Source: Chiloscyllium plagiosum
Taxonomy: Eukaryota
Length of the DNA: 64,000 bases
Direction of reading: 5' to 3'
NCBI RefSeq assembly: GCF_004010195.1
Contig: NC_057750.1
Location: 2,610,112 to 2,674,111 of the forward strand
The position numbers and the translations under genes are program-made. The notes beneath the pieces were generated by a model. That model did no database searches, was not told the origin of the DNA, and saw only the letters and a list, made by a program, of their open reading frames with translations. The number at the start of each line of letters is the position of its first letter. Positions within the stretch are counted from its first letter, which is position 1. This document shows, piece by piece, positions 49,418-62,559 of this stretch.

Positions 49418-50659
49418 TCTCGGAAAGTTTTTTATTTTTGAATGTGATTGAGATTCGAGGTCAGCAGGTGTCAGAATCTAATGAAGAACGGATTCAAGTC
49501 AGAGCCTTGTTTTCCCCAAGGGTAAATCAAAGAATTGATTGTTTTTAATCCTTGTATTGTGGCACTCCACTGCCTGAAGTAACTGTCTGCCACCAAAGGT
49601 TTCTGTCTGGCAGGAAATTTCTTTTCACTCACAACAGGAACTTTGAAATGCATTGACTAAAACAAAATCCATTGGGCTTTTGATTGGGGGAAAGGAGAGA
49701 GAACTGCAATTTAGAGGTATCTCTCATCTGAGAACAATGCAGCTGAGGTGCTGGACACAAATGTTCAGCTAAATGACAGGATTGTTAACTGTCTGAGGGC
49801 ATTGTCTTCGTGTGAATGGTGGGTCACCGTTCCATAACCTCTCGGGTTGTGCAGTACGCAGATAAGACGTCAGTGGATCAGAGAAGAAAAATAACAGCAC
49901 TGGGTTTGTGCTGGTAAACTGATGCATTCAGTCAGATCAAAAATAGCACGGCAGCTCCCAAACTGCAGAGTGAGTTCAGTGGAGCAGAGTTTGATTTTGT
50001 GCCTGCTTCAGGGAATGGAGAAATCAGCCAACTGCATCACTGGCATTAAGTGCCTACCTCAAAGTGTCTGGAGACTATGAATCTGAGTTATCTTGCAGTT
50101 CATAGCGGCAAAGGTGTTGAGTAAAGAGTTTCAATCCATGCTCCAGGCAAGTGTAGTGATAGAAATTCCATTGAGAATGCTATGGTGTTGTAAAGTGATT
50201 TGGTTTTTAGAGATGCCCTCCTCAATGGGTGAGATTGGGGGATGGACAGTGGTGTGATTGTAAGTTCAGCAAGGTGTTCCAATTCATGTGACAGATGCCA
50301 TTAGTAGAACCAGGAAAGAGGTTGTGTTCCACAGGGCAAATAAGATTAGAGAACTTGGTGCATAGCTCAAACATTGAGGGAGACCTGGGTTCCAGTGTAT
50401 TGGCCCTGGCCTCAGTACTGAAAAAGTGGAATCTGCACCATTAGACTCGCCAACTTGAAGGGCATTTAAATGGTCAATGGATAAACGTATGGATACTAAT
50501 GGAATAGTGTAGGTTAGCTGAGCTTCAGATTGGTTTCATAGGTTGGTGCAACATCAAGGGCTGAAGGGCCTGTACTCGGCTGTTATGTTCTAGTTGAAGT
50601 TGGTATGGTCTTGAACCATGCTGGAACTGTTGCTGTAGCAAGCTGGGTAACTAGGAGAG

Positions 50660-51405
50660 TCAGTCATTCTGCATGGAAACAGACCCAATGGTCCAACCAG
50701 TCCATGCCAACCATAATCCCAAACTTACAACTTCAACATGACTTCCCAACTCCTTAACGCAAAGGTTTGATTAATGAAGGCAAGCGTGCCAACCTCCTTT
50801 TACCCCATGTATATGTGACACAAACATCAGCAATCTTATACCTGAACCCCCAAGTCCCTCTGTTCTACAATACTACCCGAGGCCCTACCATTAATTGTTA
50901 TAAGACCTGCCCTTGTCTGTTTTACCAAAATGCAATACCTTGCATTTATCCGAATTGAACTCCATCTGCCATTTTTTTCAACCCATTGACTCATTTGATC
51001 AAGATCCCTTTGTAACCTTAGAAAACCTTCTTCATTGTTTACTGTGTCACCAATTTTGGTGTCATCCACAAACCTACTCACCATGCCTTCTATATTCTCA
51101 TCCAAATCATTTATATAAAATGACAAACAAAAGAGAACCCAGAATGAATCCCTGTGGAACAGACTGCTGGTGACAGGCCTCCAGTCCGAAAAGCAACTGT
51201 ATACCACCACACTGCCTCTTGCCGTTAAGCTAATTTTGTATCCAATTGGCAAGATCGCCCTAAATCCCATGTGACCTAACTTTACTAATTATTATACTAT
51301 GCAGAACCTTGTCAAAGGCATTACTAAAATCTGAATAAACAACGTCTGTTGCTCTGCCTTCATCAATCTTCTTGATGACTTCCTCAAATATGTCAATCGG
51401 GTTTG
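50660..51405 (-). mobile_element. CR1-clade LINE RT fragment
   Basis: DVVYSDFSNAFDKV and YINDLDEN...RFVDDTKIG on the minus strand. Confidence 0.88.
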
Positions 51406-54400
51406 AGAGAAATATTTTCCTCGAGGGCTTTAAGCTAAAGTTTGGGTAGATGTAACCAATCGAAGGGAGAGGTGAGGTGGTAGGACGAAATAGTAATATG
51501 GGCAATAATAGAAAGAGGCAGATAAGGAAAAAGATAGTAAAAAAGAGGGAGTGCAAATCAATACATGTATGGAGGGAAGGGGTCTAGGTAGGGAGTGAAT
51601 AAATGGGAGGGAGTGGATATGTGTTGGGAAGGGAGGGACCACGTGAAAGTGGTGGGTAGGGAAAGGGCTGCACCAGAGGGGTTTAATAGGAGAGTGGCTG
51701 TGCAAGGGTGATAGGAACACAGGCGAGGGGGCATATGGGAGAGAAGGGTGCAGGAGGGACTTGGAGTGGATTAAAAGGGAGGGGCACGGGAGGCAGGCAT
51801 GCGATTAAAAAAGGTGCGCAGGGAGGGAATGAAAATTTCTGTGACCAATCTGGTGACTGCTGCACCATTTAGTACTTCCATGTTTTAGCATAAAAGTGGA
51901 TTGTAGTAATAATGGGATTGTCCACCCGATCTGTACAGGCATTGGTTAGAATCCATCATTTCCATCACTGTAAAAACACTTATTGAAAGCTTCATTGTGA
52001 CTATTTTAACAAGGATTTCATGCTGCTCTCTATGAACACAATCTGAACGTGTCTGGTCTGATCCTTATCTGCACTGTGACAAAATCTTGAGCTGCAGTTT
52101 AATCGATTGACTGCTGAGTTCATCAGAAGTTGGATGCTTTCCGATGTTCCGTCGATGTGCTCCATCTGTTTCCTCTATGGTCTCAAATTCTCTTTATTTC
52201 TCTCTAAGTTACAGACCTCGACAGACAGCATTTATTTCCCTTTTTCGCCTCCACCCCCCTCAACCAACAAACACAAGTTGGAGTAAAAATAAACTGCATC
52301 CCCAAAATTCTGTCAACAGTAAACGCATAAAAACATCCGTCAATTCTAACCTGAAGGATTTACACAAGTGTAAAACAGATTGTAATTTATTTATTTCTTA
52401 GTGTTTTTTGAGATTCTTAACTTTGACAAACTGATATAAAAAGAATTCCTGGACAAAGTAAAGCATGGGAAAGCAAACAGGACAAAATCAATTCACTGAA
52501 GGTGATCACAATATTCAGAGAAGTATGTTGATGCTTTGAAAAGCCCCTGAATTCTTCTACCCTTCTAGCACAGCATGTGTTTTTGGACATAATCAGTTTC
52601 ATGCTGTGTGCGCGCATGATGTGGGGGGGGTTAACGGAGGTTTGGGAAAGCAGAAGGTGGGGAAAGATGGATAACATATATATACTTGTATACAAAGGCT
52701 GCTACGTTTGGATAGAATGAGAAAATAGATTTGCAGAAAATGCTGATTGAAGCTCCATAGTTGCTTGCAATAGAAACACATTTCACTTAGTTGGATTACC
52801 TTGCACAATTTCGTTCTTTGTCGGCCTTCCCCTTCCCTCCCCCACTCCCCGGCAAGGAATGATTCTCCAGTTGACTGATTCTTAGAGAACTAAAGCAATA
52901 TTTCACACTGTCGAGCTTCCTTTGTTTCTGAAGGTCCTGCATAGTCCTGGAAATCCCCCTCTCTCTGAAATAGATGCAGCCTGTACTAAAACAGATGTTG
53001 GTGACTCAAACTTATTAAGTTTGAGACAGTTGGTCATCCAGGTTTTAATGTCATCCACGAGGTGATATACGACTCTCCGGTACCAGTTATATTCAGTAAG
53101 GTTTGACAGAAGGCAACATTCGGCTGTCTGGAGCGAGAACACAGGTTCTCTGTTTGGCAAGTGTCCAGTTATTTACCTTCAAAATCACCAGCTTTCCACA
53201 TCATTGATCAAGCTAGACATGCATTATGCAAGGAGCTTCCCCCCCCCCCCCCCCCCACCACCACCCCAAACAAAAAATCTAAAAATTTATAATTATAAAT
53301 GTCAAACAAAGAATTATAGATGCTGCAAACCAGAAATGAAAACAAAAATTGCTGGAGATACTTGGTTAGTCTGGCAGCATCTGTGGAGGGAAAGCAGAGG
53401 TAATGTTGAGTCCAGTGCCCCCACCAACTGAATATCTTGAGCAATTTTTGTTTCTATTTATAATTATTAACTTTGGAAAGATTAAACTAAGTCTGATTCT
53501 GTGTGTTATATTAGCTTTTCTTTCATGTCAAGCATGTGACAATATTACCATTTTTTTTCCTGCAATCCATTAACCATGAAATTACTGAAAGGCATTATTC
53601 TCCCAGTTTTGTACATTAAAAATAATCATGCAACAGACACTTGTATCTAAAAATGTGGATATTGAAGTGTGGAGTTATTTGGTGTGCATGGTTTTGAGTG
53701 GAAGCAGGTCATTCAGCCCATTGGGTCCACACGGGCCCTCCGCAGAGCATCCCATCCAGACCCATCCCTGTAACCGTCCATTTCCCATGGCTAACACACC
53801 AAACCTACACATCCCTGAACCTATGGATGATTTAGCATGGCCAGTCCAACTGACCTGCACTACTTTGTACTGAGAAGGGAAACCAGAGCACCCAGAGGAA
53901 GCCCCGGCAGACATACAAACTCCACACACAGTTACCCAATGGTGGAATCAAACCTAGGGTCTGTGAGGCAGCAGCGGTAACCATTGAACCACTGTGCCGT
54001 CCCAAATAGAGTTCTCTATTCTCTTCTAGAATCATAGAATCCTTAGTATGAAATTAGACCATTCGGCCAATTGAGTCTGCACCAACCCTCCAAAGATCAT
54101 CCCATCCAGATCCAGCACTTTCGCAACCCTACATTTTCCATGGCTAATTGACCAAACCTGCACATCTTCGGACTGTGGCAGGAAACCAGAGCACTCGGTG
54201 GAAACGGAGAACGTGCAAACTCCACATAGCCAGTTGGCCAAGGTTGGAATCGAACTGGATCCCTGGTGCTGTGAGACATCAATGCTAACCACTGCGGTCC
54301 AAAGGGTGGGTTCAGCACCGATTTGTTTTTGAAGCAATTTCCTAATTGTTCTGCTGTTAAAATCCCCACCATTCTACCTGGTGAGCTTTGTGCATTTTGG

Positions 54401-55205
54401 AAATTGGGAGTTTTGAGTGTGATTTCCCCTTTATTTGTGCAGTTATTGTAAATGTATCGGCCCATCTGAAATGGTGTAAAAACCAGCAAAGTGCACAGTA
54501 CTTGCTGTAAGCATTAAATTGGTTGGTTGTAAGGAAGAAGTGGAGATGAGAGAAGAAAATCAACAGTTTAATCATGATGAAAGACACATGGGTGATATTT
54601 ATTTTTCTTCAGACTGATAACTGGCCCATGCATCTCTCCAGCACTTCCTCTTTGTCTTTCTAAATGACAGTGCAGCTTTTTTTTTTAATGAATGAAAATT
54701 AGTGCAGTGAGGGTGAAAGACCACTTAGGTACATGGCTTTGAAGCTGTTTGAAGCCCTTGCATCTTAGCCTGTGCTGTGAGAAAGGGGTGCCTATACATG
54801 TACTGTAATTGGATTTCTAGAATGCATTTGATAAGGTGCCACATCAAAGCAGAAAGTAGAGAAGCTATTGCAGTAATTGGTATTTTATTAGCATGGGTAG
54901 AAAGTTTGCTGGCTGGCAGAAAATATATTTGCATAAATCGATCTTTGTCCAATTTGGAGCATCTGTGCTGGGGCTGCAACTTTTTACAATTGCTGCTGCT
55001 TTGCAAGTGATTGATAGACTGTCATTTATATATTTAGTGTGATCTGTTAAGATATTGTGCCATCATTTGCCTTTTCACTTCCACTGTTGCACATTTCTAA
55101 TGTTATTCTAGAGACACCAAACTTGGATCCTAAATTAGCATCCTAAATATATTGATCCATACTGATGCCTATTTGATAGTTAGTTTATAATATTCACTTT
55201 TACAG

Positions 55206-55348
55206 ATCTGCCTGACTTGTTGCCCACGGGATGTGATGGTTCGAATCGATCAGTTCTGCCGATCGCACGGCATTAAATTCTTTGCTGGTGATGTCTTTGG
55301 TTACCACGGTTACATGTTTTCTGATTTGGGAGAGCACACGTTTGTGGA
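55206..55348 (+). CDS. SAE1: SAE1 (SUMO-activating enzyme subunit 1) exon 4: ICLTCCPRDVMVRIDQFCRSHGIKFFAGDVFGYHGYMFSDLGEHTFVE
   Basis: cactttttacag|ATC...GA|gtaagt, 143 nt; matches human VCLTCCSRDVIVKVDQICHKNSIKFFTGDVFGYHGYTFANLGEHEFVE (recalled). Confidence 0.96.
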
Positions 55349-55620
55349 GTAAGTGTAAATAATTTAGTTGTTTTTTTTTCCACAAACACACCTTAACATA
55401 GTCTCAGAGGATTTTCTTGGTTTTAGTACTTCCAGTGAAGTATTCTTTTCCTCTTCTCCATCTCATGTACTATGTGCAGCTAAGCTGATGGTGGTCAACT
55501 GTGTAACTGCTGTGGATTGCCACCCTGCTTTCTCTTCAATTCCACTGAGAGCTCTGACATGAAGGACAACCCCAACATTCTCTAAAACCTCTCCTACATT
55601 GCCCAACTTCAGCTTTTCTG

Positions 55621-55660
55621 GGGTTCTGAGGAAGGGTCACTGGACCTGAAATGTTAACTC
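55621..55660 (+). ncRNA. Minimal hammerhead ribozyme motif (family C), sense in SAE1 intron 4
   Basis: GGGUU-CUGAGGA-A-GGGUC-ACUG-GACCU-GAAA-UGUU^AACUC. Stem I pairs over 5 positions; two CpG-type decays give G-U wobbles. Confidence 0.55.
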
Positions 55661-56237
55661 TGATTTCTTTCCACAGACGCTGCCAGATATACTGAACTTT
55701 CCAACAATTTCTGTTTTTGTCACTGCAACTGTCCTCTTGGTTCCACTCTACTCTTCCTGATCATTGTCAGAATATATTCAGCAATGACTTTTTTTTTGTG
55801 ATTTGGAGATGCCGGTGTTGGACTGGGGTGTACAAAGTTAAAAATCACACAACACCAGGTTATAGTCCAACAGGTTTAATTGGAAGTGTGCGACACTCCG
55901 AAAGCTGGTGTGCTTCCAATTAAACCTGTTGGACTATAACCTGGTGTTGTGTGATTTTTAACTTCCTTTTTTTGTTTCTTCTCCCTCTCTTATCACCCTG
56001 ACTAGAGCCCTTGGGATGAATTTCAGTTGAGCTTGATCTTTGAAGTAGCTTTCATCAAGCATTATTCTCAAACTGCTGGCACGCCTGAGTCAAACCTTTC
56101 TGTTATGGACAATATTTCATCGATTTTGCACAGTGAAGCATCAGAGTGTCTTACGGAAGAAGTAAATATGTTACTGCAGGGAAGCATTGAAAATGTAACC
56201 AGCATCTGAATTTAATCTCCATTTGAATATTCTTCAG

Positions 56238-56337
56238 GGAAAAGCAGAAGGTGGTGAAAGTTGGATCAGGTGAGGAAGATGGACCAAAAGCTAAAAAAGT
56301 GAAGATTGATCCAAACGAAACTACGTTGATCAAAAAG
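56238..56337 (+). CDS. SAE1: SAE1 exon 5: EKQKVVKVGSGEEDGPKAKKVKIDPNETTLIKK
   Basis: ttcttcag|G GAA AAG...AAG|gtatgc, 100 nt; phase-compatible with exon 4; matches human EKTKVAKVSQGVEDGPDTKRAKLDSSETTMVKK. Confidence 0.94.
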
Positions 56338-57704
56338 GTATGCAAATCAAGAGCCTTTCTTGCTGAAGCAATGCTGTAATAAAAACTAAGAAGAGGCCAT
56401 TCAGCCCTTCGAGTCTGCTCTACCATTCAGTATGGTCATGACTAACCATATTCTCATTTTCTCTCCGTATAACTTGACACCTTTTTAACACCTAAAATGT
56501 TATCCATCTCTTGAATATACTCTGGTCTCAGCCTCCCAAGTCTGCTGTGGTAACGAATGGATGTTGATATTTATTTTAACTCTTTGGATGTCCTTCCTGT
56601 CCTTTTATTCCAATTGTCTGCTTGATTTGAGTGGAATAGTGTTGAGGTGGTTCTGATTATGTTGTTTTATTCAGTTAAAATCTGGAGATGAATCTGTCAC
56701 TTCAGAAATCTCACTCTCTCAAATTCTGTGCTGCACTCATTTGAAACATAATTTCCAGCCTAAAGATAAACTCTCTAGGAGTTTTTTTTCCAATAGATTG
56801 GTTATTTCTATTGATGCAGTTCAGCTACAGAGCAGTTAAGTGACCTCTGAGGCACCACAGTTTGATTGTTACACAGCCTGTGAAGGCATAAGTCTGTATC
56901 CTGCTGCATCTTTACCAGCAGAATAGATCGTTTGCTCTCTTCCTGACACTGAATATATGTAATTTTTTTTAAGTTATTCTCTTAACCTGAATGATATACC
57001 AACCTGTTTGCCCATGGTCTAATTTGTCACCAGTATACACGTGAGTTTGAAACAGACAAATTTGTAATGTAAAAGGAGAGTAAATCCTTTTGAAAGCAGC
57101 TTGAGATGATGAATAAACATCTCTCATCACCCCTTTATCTGTTACTGCCTTGTTATAACAAGCCTCATGCAGCAACTTGCTGATCTCTCGATCAGTGATC
57201 ATGACAGGAAGGGCTGCTGATGTGCTTTGTTTCCTACGAGGTGACTTGTTGTGACCAGTGCTGTCCCTGGTCTAATGTGAAGGAGGCTTCCTGTGAAGAT
57301 TTGAAGACTAAAATGTTAGGTGTCCGTGGGAGTGCATTACAATATCTCCCACTGAGAAGGAGCTTGTGCGGAGTCTTCCTAAATGCCAGAAATATTGTAC
57401 ATTTTAAAACTAATCTTCTCCCCCTTGCCCATAGCCAGGCTGACAAATACGTGCATGTGCATGCCTTCAGCTTTAGGGTCTGAACACTTGTTGTGAGATT
57501 AAAATTTGCTAAAACTCTGAACAGTTAAGATGTTTTCACATAACAACATTCAATTTGCCTGTCCTGGAAATCACTGTACCTTTACTTAAACCGGTTTACT
57601 GTTATTGTTGCAGCACCAAGTCTGTGTACCCCTGTTAGGTTCTTATAGTCTCAGCTCCCACGTCTTTTTCAAACCAGTACACTGTTTTCTGTCCATAAGA
57701 TAAT

Positions 57705-59105
57705 TTACGTTGGAAAAGGGCAATGTTAGTGAGAGTATGGAGATGCAGGCTACAAGATTAGATGGGATTGAAGTTGACAAAGAGGAGATTTTAGCAATTT
57801 TGGAAGATCTGAAAATAGATAAGATCCTGGGCCAGATGGGAGTTATCCTCGGATTCTCTGGGAAGCCAGGGAGGAGAGTGCAGAGCCTTTGGCTTCGATA
57901 TTTATGTCATCATTGTTGAGAGGATTAGTGTCAGAAGACTGGAGGATAGCAAGTGTTGTTCCCTTGTTTAAGAAGGGAGTCGGGACAACCCTAGTAATTA
58001 TAGGCCAGTGAGCCTTACTTCAGTTGTGGGAAAGGTGTTGGAAAAGGTTATAAGAGGATTTATAATCATCTGGAAAGGAATAATTTGATTAGGGATAGTT
58101 AACACTGTTTTGTGATGGGTAGGTCATGCCTCATTAACCTTATTGAGTTCTTCAAGAAGATGACAAAACAAATGGAGGTAGGTAAGGCAGTTGATGTGGT
58201 GTGTATGGACTTCAGTAAGGTATTTGATAAGGTTCCACACGGTAGGCTATTGCACAAAATAAGGGGTTTTGGAATTGAAGGTGATTTAGCCGTTTGGATC
58301 AGAAATTGGCTAGCTGAAAGAAGACAGAGGGTGGTGATTGATGGGAAATGTTCATCCTGGAGCTCAGTTACCAGTGGTGTGCCATAAGGATGTGTTTTGG
58401 GGTCAGTGCTGTCTGTCACTTTTATAAATGATGTAGAAGGATGGGTTAGTAAATTTGCAGATGATACTAAAGTAGGTAGAGTTGTGGATAGTGCCGAAGG
58501 ATGTTATAGTTTACAGAGGGGCATAGATAAGATGCAGAGCTGGACTGAGAAGTGGCAAATGGAGTTTAATGTGGAAAAGTGTGAGGTAGTTCACTTTGGA
58601 AGAAGTAACAAGAATGTAGAGTACTGGGCTAATGGTAAAATTCTTGGCAGTGTAGGTGAACAGAGACATCTCTCTGTTCAGGTGCGTAAATCCCTAAAAG
58701 TTGCCACCCAGGTTGATAGGATTGTTAAGAAGGCATATGGTGTCTTGGCATTTATTGGTAGAGGAATTGAGTTTTGGAACCACAAGGTCATGCTTCAGCT
58801 GTACATGACACTGGTAAGACCGGACCTGGAGTGTCGCGTGCAGTTCTGGTCACCGCATCATAGGAAAGATATGGAAGCTTTAGAAAGGGTTCAGAGGACA
58901 TTTTCGAGGATGTTGCCTAGTATGGAAGGAAGGTCTTGCAAGGAAAGGCTGAGGGAACTGAAGCTGTTTTTGTTGGAGAGAAGAGGGTTGAGAGGTGACT
59001 TAATCGAGATGTATAAGATAAATAGAGGATTAGATAGGGTTGACAGTGAGAACCTTTTTCCTCAGATGGTGAAGGCTAACACAAGGAGGCATAGCTTTAA
59101 ATTGT
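57705..59105 (+). mobile_element. CR1-clade LINE RT fragment
   Basis: MDFSKVFDKVPHGRL; SGVP; KFADDTKV; LVRPDLE...QFWSP motifs. Confidence 0.93.
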
Positions 59106-62100
59106 GGATTCAATAGGCCAAATGGCCTGCTTCCACATTGTAGGGATTCTGTGGTTTAAAATGGATGAAGCAAAGTGCATCCTTTTTGACCGATCACTGA
59201 AATTAATCAAGCAGCATTTCATGCCTGATATTGCATTTACTGATCACGTTAGGACGAAAAGTGAGTCGGTTTACCCAAAACTCTCTGTATGCGCTTACTG
59301 TATACAGTCTTCATTACACAATCTCAACATGCTCTTTGAAATATTTATCAATAGTTACGATAAGTTATCAGATTGACTCTTTGTTTGAGAACATTGTGTA
59401 GCTTTATTACTCACCAGGATCATCACAGCATACTGCAGTCCTTGAATTTCTAAACCCTTATTTGATTATTGTAGTGGTGATGTAGCTTTATGGGTTTGGA
59501 GTTGGTCAGCATTTCTGCTAATTGTTGTGCATTAGATTTCTAGGAAAGTAAGACTGCATCAACCCGATGCAGTTTCCACTGAAAAGAAACTTGAGGGCTG
59601 GAGTTAAACCACACCAACAGAGGGCAGCTTTGCTTTAACATTGATGTCTGTGTCAATATATGCGATCTTCTTGGAGATCCTCTCCACTTTAAGTCGGCAG
59701 TTAGGGGTGTCGATAGTAGTCATGATTTGGAGATGCCGGTGTTGGACTGGGGTATACAAAGTTAAACCTGGTGTTGTGATTTTTTTTACTTTGTACACCC
59801 CAGTCCAATACCGCATCTCCAAATCTTGCTTTAACATTGTCTTTGATAGCATCAAGGGGCTGGACTGATATGCTTCATCATTATAGGAACCATTCTCCTG
59901 AATGTAGCTCTGAAAAGTTGCAAATTTAAATACCTATTTAGTAAATGCATGCCGTAATCTCACTGATTAGATTTATATTTGACTGACCGAGCTGGAAAAA
60001 GGAGCAGGAAATATGATGTGTAATTGTTTTCATTTTAATTGATCATCTGAGGATCTCGTCAGTGTTGCTGTGCAAAATTGTATTTGTGACACTAAATCAG
60101 ACTATTGACTGCTCTATCCTCTCCAACAAACTGAGTGTTGGCAGGAGACTATCATTTAGACTTGCAGCACCACCACAGCATCAACAATTTGAGGATCCTC
60201 ACTCTGCAACTGCTATACAGAGACTTCTGATTTTTTTTGGCTTGGTGTTTTTGGTGAAAGGACAATGTTGTCTCTTAAAGTAACTGCTGGTAATTGGGGC
60301 TGATGAGAAGTACTGGGCAACTGTGTTATTGGCATTGTTAAAGAGCCAGCATGCAAGCACTTGGGGTTGGGGGGACAATTCCCATCTCTTTGTGTAAATT
60401 AAATAGGATGGAGGAGGCCTGGCATCTTTGATCAGGGGCTTTGAATGCATTCTGGAATTCCCCTACCATTACCATACTGGTTGCCCTGATCACTTATTAA
60501 CAGCGGCTGAATGTAGATTTGTTCCAGCTGATGCACACGTCACAGATGTACACTATTTGTGAGAATGCCCAAATTTTGTGAAACAGTGCTGAGGAGTTTT
60601 GACAGCTTTTATCATTCATACAAGTGTCCAGAATTTTGGAGTTAGATGCAGTGTTATTGGCATTCTTCCCCAAGTGTCTCTCCCCCTGCAACTGGGTGCA
60701 TCACGTCATACAGTTGTGTGCTGGCATGCTTATTGGTAAACCACAGTGAACCGCCTTTTTCTCAATTCAATCATTTAGTCTGTGAGAGATCGGTTTCACT
60801 TGTATTGCATCATGTAGTTGCTTCACACTGATGTGATGTTGCCAAATTGTCTGGTAGGTGCAATGTGTAAACAGTTGAATGGCAACCTATGTTTATATGT
60901 TTGATGGAGCTAGCTCACTATACTTGCTTTGAGTGAGTGTAGTCAATTAACTAAAACACAGTATGACAGCAAATCAAGGGTCCATTTCCCTTTGATCAGT
61001 AGGAAAATTCTGAATTGGTAACTTCTTCTTTATGCATTCATATCTCCCAGGTATCTAGTTCCTTTGTAACAGGATTTCTGTTGTTGAAGCAACATCTTGG
61101 CTCTAAAACTTACTGAATTCAGTGACCCCAGAAGGCCACTCTGCATCATGCCCGTGCCAGCTCTCTGAAACTTCTGTCCACTTGAACCAGATCCTTTTGT
61201 GAATGATTTATTAACTTTCCTTCTGGGAGCTGTTAGGAATTTTGCTTGCATCACTGTTTCTGCTGGAGTATTTCATGGCCTTCTAAAGGTGTAAAATGCT
61301 TCTAATGTTTCTCCCTTTCTCTTTCCCAGACAGGAGCCATGCTGTGGTGTTGGCTCCTCCTGTTAATAACAACAGTCATCTCTCCTCCCTTTTCAGAGTG
61401 AGAGATTTGCTGCTCTTGCAGTAAGTTAGAACAACGTTGACTTATGGCCCCAGGCCTTAGTTGAGATTTTGCAGGGCTGTGGAGTAGAGGTTGGTGATTG
61501 GGACTAATTGGATAATTCTTAGACCGAACAACTCCGATTCCTTCTGTGCTGTTTTGAAGGTCAGTTGTCATCAAATCAATCAGTCTGGAATAAATTTATT
61601 GCGACGTTCTACTAATTGGTTCAGTTGACAACTTTGTGTACGTTTTCTCAATCCTTACAGTTTGAGGCCTTGTTTAAAAAGATCACTAATTCACTTTCTT
61701 TTACTAAAGCAGAACTCCGTCTCAAAATCTTTTCCATGGTTGGCCTGTCTGGTCATGACCCGCGGCTCCACTTAACCTCAAAGGCTCGATGATGCCATGC
61801 TTTGTCTGAATGAATGTCTTCAGTTCAGCGCCGTGGAATGATTCTCCAACCAATCTGTTTTACTTTTTAGAGGAAAACAAAACACATTTCATCTTTCCTG
61901 AAGGCGTTGACTTCTGGCAGGTCATGAACCCCAGGTCAGGGAGGGCGCTGGTAACTGAATTAAGTAGAATTCTCCTCTAATTGCATGGAACTTCAGATTT
62001 TGTGTTTTGAAGAAAGCAGTGTGCATGTTCTCCATTCCCTGCACTCTGCTTTCTCCCACCTGCCCTGGCCGTCAGCACCACCACCAACCCCATAAATGAG

Positions 62101-62559
62101 ACTGATCTGGCGAAGAAAATAAGCCTATTTAGTTTCCAGTGACTGGATGTGATGGTATTATGTTGTTGGAGAAAGGGCTTGTCTGAATTTGCATGAGCAA
62201 TTAAAGTAACTGTTTGTTTTTGTTTGACCATGGTGAGGAGTGAGCCTAATCTTACATTCACCTCCACCTGAAACTAGAAGTCTGGCTGTTGCTTGGCTCA
62301 TCCACACTTTCTTCTTCAACAAAGCATTATTGAAACCAGATGGGCTTCTCTCATTAACAGCTCAGGCTGATATGAGCTACAACAGCACAGACTACAAATG
62401 TTGTCTGACATTTTCCAAGTCTGTGTCTCACTACATGGCCAGAAGAACTTCCAGAGATGACATTGACTACCCTTGACATCAAGGCAACATTTTACCAAAT
62501 GTGGCACCAAGGAGTCTCAGGAAAACCAAAATCAGTGGGAATCGGGGTGGGGAGAGACC

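Noticed and set aside
48824..49548. Long ORFs of 199-228 aa in the ORF track
   Set aside because: Artefacts of translating the N gap and the 22-bp repeat.
51420..51835. Purine/G-rich stretch as a G-quadruplex or novel element
   Set aside because: It abruptly replaces LINE sequence and has no periodicity; may be low-quality consensus. Similar suspicion applies to the C/A-rich patches at 7540-7720, 19880-20050 and 26130-26290. Cannot be judged without reads.
52903..53160. 85-aa minus-strand ORF as a novel gene
   Set aside because: DDIKTWMTNCLKLNK resembles the L2-type RT motif DIKxWMxxNxLxLN, so it is probably an old LINE remnant.
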